Shown in pieces: positions 39,190-44,320 of a stretch of DNA of 64,000 nt. Position 1 is the stretch's first letter. Each line of letters begins with the position of its first letter. The notes below the pieces were generated by a model. It saw only the letters and a list, made by a program, of their open reading frames with translations. It did no database searches and had not been told where the DNA came from. The position numbers and the translations under genes were made by a program. The stretch lies in the sequence record PV472050.1; one strand, written 5' to 3'.

Positions 39190-39651
39190 ATGAATAAATA
39201 CTGTGATCTTTATGACGTATTGGAACGGTTTGTTGGGCTGGTTAAGCCTGTTGAATTTGGACTCCAACTGGGTTTTAAGGATCATCAGATCATCGGGGAG
39301 TTGAGATCTGTTGGTCTACACTTGCCGCGTCAATCGGGTAAAACGACCCTGTTGTCCAAGTGGTGTTCGAAACACCCTGATGAAGTGTTCATCGTACACG
39401 GGTCTTCTCCATGGTTGGAGGCTTTCAAAAGACTCTCAAACCTTCCCGAACTCCCCCCTTGGGTTTCGATCTCTAAAATACGAGACAACCAACCCTTGGT
39501 TACGGATCCTTCGACCCTGAAGAAGATTAAATACGTGGTCGTCTATGGTTCGTCGGTTATTTTCTCCTACTGTGGACTCAAGCGTAAAGACTTCAACCAA
39601 TGGGTGGCTGACACCTTTGGAACTGAAATCGTGGTGATCCATTTAGGTTAA
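39190..39651 (+). CDS. Small P-loop NTPase-fold protein with a terminase-like Walker A (153 aa)
   Basis: 'LHLPRQSGKTTLL' matches the RQ-x-GKT motif. There is no acidic Walker B and no nuclease domain. Confidence 0.65.
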   Translation: MNKYCDLYDVLERFVGLVKPVEFGLQLGFKDHQIIGELRSVGLHLPRQSGKTTLLSKWCSKHPDEVFIVHGSSPWLEAFKRLSNLPELPPWVSISKIRDNQPLVTDPSTLKKIKYVVVYGSSVIFSYCGLKRKDFNQWVADTFGTEIVVIHLG

Positions 39652-39657
39652 GTTTAC

Positions 39658-39733
39658 TCCGTGATAGCTCAGTAGGTAGAGCAACTGTTTCGTAAACAGT
39701 AGGTCCCGGGTTCGAACCCTGGTCACGGAACCA
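39658..39733 (+). tRNA. tRNA-Thr (anticodon CGT)
   Basis: 76-nt cloverleaf: acceptor TCCGTGA/TCACGGA, D-arm GCTC/GAGC, anticodon arm ACTGT-TTCGTAA-ACAGT, T-loop TTCGAAC and encoded CCA. Confidence 0.95.
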
Positions 39734-39876
39734 AACATCGTTACCCCAAAGACTGGGACACACAGGCTCGGCACTACCCTCCCCCAGATGCCCTGCGCCG
39801 TCCCGCTCCGCCAGCCATCCTGTTCTCTTCTCTCTTCCAGGGTGGACCGCGGCTTCTTGACAGGGGTGACGGTGTA

Positions 39877-39913
39877 CCTGTTCCCTACCTTTCTCAGAGG
39901 GGTAGGGAACAGG
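39877..39913 (+). terminator. Terminator-like hairpin (13 bp)
   Basis: CCTGTTCCCTACC...GGTAGGGAACAGG followed by ACCTTTTCTTT. Confidence 0.7.
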
Positions 39914-39950
39914 ACCTTTTCTTTATCCGCTATGTGCAGAGGATACCGTC

Positions 39951-40247
39951 ATGTCGTTCATTATAAAGGTCATGCGAGAGGACTGTGGGAATGGCACCTC
40001 CCGTGACTATGAAGGCATTATTGTGGGTCAGGGGGATCGGTTTGCTATCTCTTGGGATCCGAATAAAGAACGGCGGGAGCTCACGGTCGAGTTTGCTGAT
40101 GGGAGAACCTTGCTCCGGGTGATTGATGGGGATCTTTACGTGGTGAATGCGGACGGTAAGACCATTTCCGGCACCCTCAAGAATAAGCCCTTGCTCCCCG
40201 GTACTTCCCACTCGAACCCCCGAGACAAACTCTCTTCTAAGCTCTAA
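39951..40247 (+). CDS. Hypothetical protein (98 aa)
   Basis: GAGGA RBS upstream. Confidence 0.7.
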   Translation: MSFIIKVMREDCGNGTSRDYEGIIVGQGDRFAISWDPNKERRELTVEFADGRTLLRVIDGDLYVVNADGKTISGTLKNKPLLPGTSHSNPRDKLSSKL

Positions 40248-40268
40248 CCAGTAAACACCGTGTAAACA

Positions 40269-40301
40269 CCCTCCTACCTCCTTTACAGGGAGGTAGGAGG
40301 G
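40269..40301 (+). terminator. Terminator-like hairpin (13 bp)
   Basis: CCCTCCTACCTCC-TTTACAG-GGAGGTAGGAGGG followed by TTTATT. Confidence 0.75.
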
Positions 40302-40324
40302 TTTATTACGGTATAGCGTATTTT

Positions 40325-40337
40325 AAACCTAGATTAT
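40325..40337 (+). promoter_or_regulatory. Candidate phage RNAP promoter AAACCTAGATTAT
   Basis: Third copy of the motif, 30 nt upstream of ATG 40367. Confidence 0.6.
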
Positions 40338-40366
40338 TGATGCGTTAAGCCACGAGGAATAAATCA

Positions 40367-40903
40367 ATGTTTACTGAAAAACAAATGGAAGAACTCGCCG
40401 TTGCTCGTAGAGACGATGTGTGGAGTTATGACATATTTGAAATGACACTATTCCTGATGGAAACAGAGTGTGATGGTGGCGTCCCCTTCTTGAAACATAT
40501 CATCATGTACAGTTTCAAGAAGATGCTCTCTGGAGAATCACTAGATCGTTATGCGATTGGACTGATGAATAAAATGATCTACGATACTGAAGGCCGTGAT
40601 GCCAAGGGAATCGTAGAAAGGAGTGTATTACAACGATTGACTGAGAGTGATATCCTGGAAGCCCACGCCTACCTTAATGTTTACATCACCAAAGCTAAGG
40701 AATTCCTGGAAGACCTCAGTCAACGTTTCCCTGATCACTCCCAGAGTGTCACTCGAGAAGAAACACCCAAAAAGTTCTGCTTTGCGAATAAACCGGCTCC
40801 GGAAGGGACGGTCAGGGAACTCGCCGCTAAATACGGTAAGTCGATCAGTGAAATCCGTAAACTCAAAGCAGCCGGTCGTCTTCATGAACTAGCACAGGGG
40901 TAA
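40367..40903 (+). CDS. Hypothetical protein with a C-terminal HTH-like motif (178 aa)
   Basis: GAGGA RBS upstream. The C-terminal 'VRELAAKYGKSISEIRKLKAAG' looks like a helix-turn-helix. Confidence 0.7.
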   Translation: MFTEKQMEELAVARRDDVWSYDIFEMTLFLMETECDGGVPFLKHIIMYSFKKMLSGESLDRYAIGLMNKMIYDTEGRDAKGIVERSVLQRLTESDILEAHAYLNVYITKAKEFLEDLSQRFPDHSQSVTREETPKKFCFANKPAPEGTVRELAAKYGKSISEIRKLKAAGRLHELAQG

Positions 40904-40909
40904 TTGGCC

Positions 40910-41050
40910 ATGTTTTGGAAATTCACGTGTTACAACAAGGACACTTGGGAAGCCCCCCACCAAATGACCTTGATAGAAGCGGTTGAACTCTTTTTGCGAG
41001 AAACCCAATACACCCAGTTGGATATTCACTTCGTTGAGAATCTCCACTAA
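40910..41050 (+). CDS. Small hypothetical protein (46 aa; not in the ORF track)
   Basis: Translates as MFWKFTCYNKDTWEAPHQMTLIEAVELFLRETQYTQLDIHFVENLH and fills the gap between co-oriented genes. Confidence 0.55.
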   Translation: MFWKFTCYNKDTWEAPHQMTLIEAVELFLRETQYTQLDIHFVENLH

Positions 41051-41089
41051 ACCGTTGTTAAACAATCTGTTAAACAGAAGGATAGCATT

Positions 41090-41848
41090 ATGAAACCTTT
41101 TCGAGTACCTGTTGGACGTCTCAGTAAAGATCGACTGGAATGGCTCATCCGGCATCGTAAAGAAAAGAAACGTGAATGTCCCTTTGGTGTTGCTCACTTC
41201 CCCAAAGGAACGATCGCGGTGTTCGAGTCCCCAACCCAGCGTTTTCTGAAAGAGGACGAACATGAGTTTCCTGGTCAGCGGTACGCAACGTTCGAAGCGG
41301 AAGTGGAGGGTGTAGTCCCCAACGGACCGAACAGTTGGGTGGCTGTTCTAAAGGACCGTGCGGCGATTAACATCGACTGGGCGCGCAAGATCATTAAACG
41401 AGGGGAAGGCCCTCTCCGCGCCGAGGAGAATGACGTGGAGGACAGTCTGTGGAAAACCAGAGCCACCCACCCCCTGGATCCTGACACCCACCTTCCCATC
41501 AACAAACACCCCAACTACTACTACATCGACTCGATCTATCATGTTATCTACGGAAAATTGGAAGAGGTTAATAAAAATAACTTCGCCACTCATCTGATCG
41601 ATGTGGATAAGTTGATTTCGCTGATGTGCGGTGATATCATTCGTCAGGCAACCTCCTGTGGTGATGGTGTTTACTGCCATTATCTCATCAGTAAGAAGAA
41701 GTTCCGCAAGATCTTCAACCGTTGTCTGCCGCGTGCGCGCACCAGCCGGCGTAAGGAAGCTGAACGTCAGGCCAGGATCGAAGCATTCGAATACAACAGG
41801 TCGTTTGATGACCGTTATGAAGACGATTACGACGACCCGGAGGTGTGA
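41090..41848 (+). CDS. Hypothetical protein (252 aa)
   Basis: AAGGA RBS upstream; basic then acidic C-terminus. Confidence 0.75.
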   Translation: MKPFRVPVGRLSKDRLEWLIRHRKEKKRECPFGVAHFPKGTIAVFESPTQRFLKEDEHEFPGQRYATFEAEVEGVVPNGPNSWVAVLKDRAAINIDWARKIIKRGEGPLRAEENDVEDSLWKTRATHPLDPDTHLPINKHPNYYYIDSIYHVIYGKLEEVNKNNFATHLIDVDKLISLMCGDIIRQATSCGDGVYCHYLISKKKFRKIFNRCLPRARTSRRKEAERQARIEAFEYNRSFDDRYEDDYDDPEV

Positions 41849-42071
41849 AGAAGTGTTAGAAGCCCCTTAACCTGAAAACCGCCCCACTCCGTCTTTAAAG
41901 GAATAACTCCTACGTGAAGGAGGGGATTCACGTAAATGCCGTTAAATCACACGTGTAGTCCCCCAACCCTTCTCTAAACGGATCTTCGATAGAAGCCGAA
42001 CGGTTTACTTAATGGTCCGGTTAGCCTTTAAGCTACCGAGAGTGACAGATTAGATACCCCATCACTGTATT

Positions 42072-42788
42072 TTGGAGAAGGTTGTGAAACATAAAGAAAC
42101 ACCCTTTCAACGAGCCAGCTGTGGTCATGTCCTTCAGGTCGGTGACAACGGGTCTTGCCATGTGGGGGACAACGGCACAGCCATCGCTGGAAAAAATAGC
42201 CTCGCCACCGCTGCGAACAATGGACATGCTGTTTCTGGAGACTATGGGACAGCCATCGTTGAACGCTTTGGTATCGCCTCTGCCGGAAATAAAGGCATGG
42301 CTATCGCCGGAGATTGCGGCAGTGCCACCGCTGGAGACCATGGTATCGCCACCGCGGGAAATTACAGCACGGCTACCGTCGGATACTTAGGGACTGCCAT
42401 CGCTGGAAAGAAAGGGAAAGCCACCGCTGGAGATTGGGGAACCGCTATCGTTGGACTCGATGGCGTCGCGTCTGCCGGAAAGAATGGTAAGATCCACATC
42501 CAGTACTTCGACAGTGAAGCCATTCGTTACCGCACGGCAGTTGGGTATATCGGTGAGGACGGTCTCGAACCTGGCGTTCCCTACCAATTGGATGAAAACC
42601 ACGAGTTCGTAAAGGGAGATAATGCTGTGACAAAATTCTCTACAGAGGGTCACGTGACTATACTCTTCCGAGGATTGGGCGTAGGTCTTAACAACGTCCA
42701 GGTCGTAAGGGTCACTAAGGGTATAGGACATCCCAAACCCTTTTTCCATATTGAGGGATCTGAAGAAGGGTTACCGTTTGCTTCATAA
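42072..42788 (+). CDS. Octapeptide-repeat (xAxAGxxG) beta-solenoid-like protein
   Basis: About 13 tandem 8-aa repeats are followed by 'RYRTAVGYIGEDGLEPGVPYQLD'. There is a GGAGAAGG RBS before a GTG start. Confidence 0.75.
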   Translation: MEKVVKHKETPFQRASCGHVLQVGDNGSCHVGDNGTAIAGKNSLATAANNGHAVSGDYGTAIVERFGIASAGNKGMAIAGDCGSATAGDHGIATAGNYSTATVGYLGTAIAGKKGKATAGDWGTAIVGLDGVASAGKNGKIHIQYFDSEAIRYRTAVGYIGEDGLEPGVPYQLDENHEFVKGDNAVTKFSTEGHVTILFRGLGVGLNNVQVVRVTKGIGHPKPFFHIEGSEEGLPFAS

Positions 42789-43065
42789 CGGGAGTGAATG
42801 GATTGATCAGGTCTTTGAGGCTAAGAAAGCTGTACTCTTCATTGAGTCACTCTACCCCCCTGTGACACCCGATAAAGAGACCGTGAAACTTACGGTGCCT
42901 GAGGATCAGCAAATCCTGGTTAAAGTACGTCGTGTGAATAAGCTGGCCTTGGATGCTGTTGTGTTCCACATCGATACCCTGGGTGGTGCGTATCAGGTAT
43001 CTTATACTGATCAGCTGACCTCCGATCTCAATCAATTGACTCATGTTGAGTTAGTGGCAATTTAA
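42751..43065 (+). CDS. Hypothetical protein lacking a clear start (possible frameshift continuation)
   Basis: The frame is open from 42727 to 43065. Its only candidate start near the 5' end is TTG 42751 without an RBS, and it overlaps a CCC-TTTTT run. Confidence 0.5.
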   Translation: MRDLKKGYRLLHNGSEWIDQVFEAKKAVLFIESLYPPVTPDKETVKLTVPEDQQILVKVRRVNKLALDAVVFHIDTLGGAYQVSYTDQLTSDLNQLTHVELVAI

Positions 43066-43076
43066 GGACGTCAATC

Positions 43077-43322
43077 ATGGCTAAAAAGAACCTTAAGGTG
43101 TTCAAGACCCACGGGGAATTCGATACGGAGGTGATTCGTCGTGCTCGACTTATCCTCGACGCCAGGGGTTACCGGGGGAAGATATGTGTGAACGCACTCG
43201 GTGAAAGTCCTGTATGGGATAGAGCGGGCCGTACAGTAGACGGTCATCGTCTGATCGACGACGACACCATCGCCGAAGTGGCTCGGGAGGTGGTTTATGA
43301 GAGCCTTGATCGAGGAGAGTAA
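43077..43322 (+). CDS. Hypothetical protein (81 aa)
   Basis: AAGGA RBS upstream. Confidence 0.7.
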   Translation: MAKKNLKVFKTHGEFDTEVIRRARLILDARGYRGKICVNALGESPVWDRAGRTVDGHRLIDDDTIAEVAREVVYESLDRGE

Positions 43323-43349
43323 GTTTTAACACGTTGACCGTATTATATA

Positions 43350-43680
43350 CGGACAACATGTCGTTTTAATCCGCGTCTGCGGGTCCCGCCTGAACTTAAG
43401 GGTGATAAGGTGTGGTACTCGTCGAGTATGAGCTTGGCAAAGCTCATACTCCGAACCCTATGGACGGTATAGCCGCTATCGTCAAGTCACACTGTTCAGC
43501 TATTGACCTGGACTTCAGTCTCCTTTTCGGTGCTGTCGGCGGGAAGGTTCTCGGACGGTGGGGCGGCTTGTGAAGGTGCTAAACTAGCGCTGGTTGAACA
43601 CCTAGCAAGTTAAGGGGAGGAGGGACAACCATCGGCTCTAAGCAGGTGGGTTCCTCCTCCCCTCCCTCCTTTTATTTTTT
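43350..43680 (+). ncRNA. Candidate novel structured non-coding RNA (about 330 nt)
   Basis: There is no ORF of 60 aa or more, and there are nested helices 43384-90/43538-44, 43390-95/43494-99, 43410-14/43488-92, 43424-35/43440-51 (12 bp perfect) and 43463-69/43477-83. TTGACCGTATTAT lies upstream, and a 3' hairpin plus T-tract ends the element. Confidence 0.6.
43614..43680 (+). terminator. Rho-independent terminator-like structure
   Basis: GGGGAGGAGG (43614-23) pairs with CCTCCTCCCC (43653-62), followed by TTTTATTTTTT. Confidence 0.65.
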
Positions 43681-43772
43681 TGTCTTAATGCCGTGTTACT
43701 CGACCGGTTTCTAACGGATACAGACTGTACGAATATTATGTCTTATCCCTGACTTACCAAGAGGTTATAGCG

Positions 43773-44248
43773 ATGTCGAAAAACAACGATCAGAAGAACC
43801 CCTCCACTCCTGAGGACGAGAAGGCTAAAGCGGTAACCACCCCTCCGGTGACTCCTCCTGCCCCAGCCAGCACCGCTCCCCTCAAACGTCTCCCAAAACC
43901 TCGAAAGACGAGAGTGAAGACGACAACCAGGCCTTCGACAACATTCTGATCAATGTACTGTCGCTCTATGACAACGGGGAATTCAATAAAGAACTCCTTA
44001 TTGAGATGGTGGAAGAAGTCCGGAAGGTTACCCGTCCGGGTCTTATCCCGGAAGAATACTACATCGACGTCGCCGTACAGCGTTATGTGGAATTCGCTAA
44101 ACGCAAGAAGATCGACCTGAAAAACCTGTCGATCCTGGTGGGTAATCCTGAAACCTCGGTAGAACTGCGTTCGCTGAACTTCTACCGTGCAATGGAAGGC
44201 CTGGCCCCGACCTTCTTTATGCCGTACATCATTGAGAGTAAAGAGTAA
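43773..44248 (+). pseudogene. Gene split by a -1 frame break (predicted about 158 aa if rejoined)
   Basis: ATG 43773 has a GAGGT RBS and stops at about 43948. The -1 frame is open 43829-44248 and carries protein-like 'DESEDDNQAFDNILINVLSLYDNGEFNKELLIEMVEEV' upstream of its first ATG (44006). Confidence 0.65.
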
Positions 44249-44259
44249 CCCCGAATAAA

Positions 44260-44301
44260 CCCCTAACCCCTAGCCCCTTTAACAGGGCTAGGGGTTAGGG
44301 G
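44260..44301. terminator. Bidirectional terminator-like hairpin (17 bp)
   Basis: CCCCTAACCCCTAGCCC-CTTTAACA-GGGCTAGGGGTTAGGGG lies between convergent genes. Confidence 0.75.
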
Positions 44302-44320
44302 GTATAACGTTTATTTTTGA

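Noticed and set aside
39190-39651. Annotation as the terminase large subunit
   Set aside because: It is far too short and lacks Walker B and the nuclease domain. The true phiKZ-type terminase is expected elsewhere in the genome.
39788-40006. 72-aa ORF across the tRNA trailer and terminator
   Set aside because: It has no RBS, runs through a terminator hairpin, overlaps the real 39951 gene out of frame, and has atypical composition.
42072-42788. Diversity-generating retroelement target or CRISPR-like array suggested by the 24-nt periodic repeats
   Set aside because: The repeats are in-frame coding repeats that vary at the DNA level. There is no reverse transcriptase, template repeat, spacer structure or cas gene.
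43385-43400. CCCGCCTGAACTTAAG resembles the eukaryotic LSU rRNA 5' motif ACCCGCTGAACTTAAGC
   Set aside because: It is a short imperfect match with no flanking rRNA similarity, so it is treated as coincidence.
43350-43680. tmRNA interpretation of the structured RNA, tempting because of the nearby SspB and 'TCGGACGGTGGGG'
   Set aside because: There is no GGGG(C/G) 5' acceptor, no T-loop (TTCRA), no CCA 3' end and no recognisable tag ORF.
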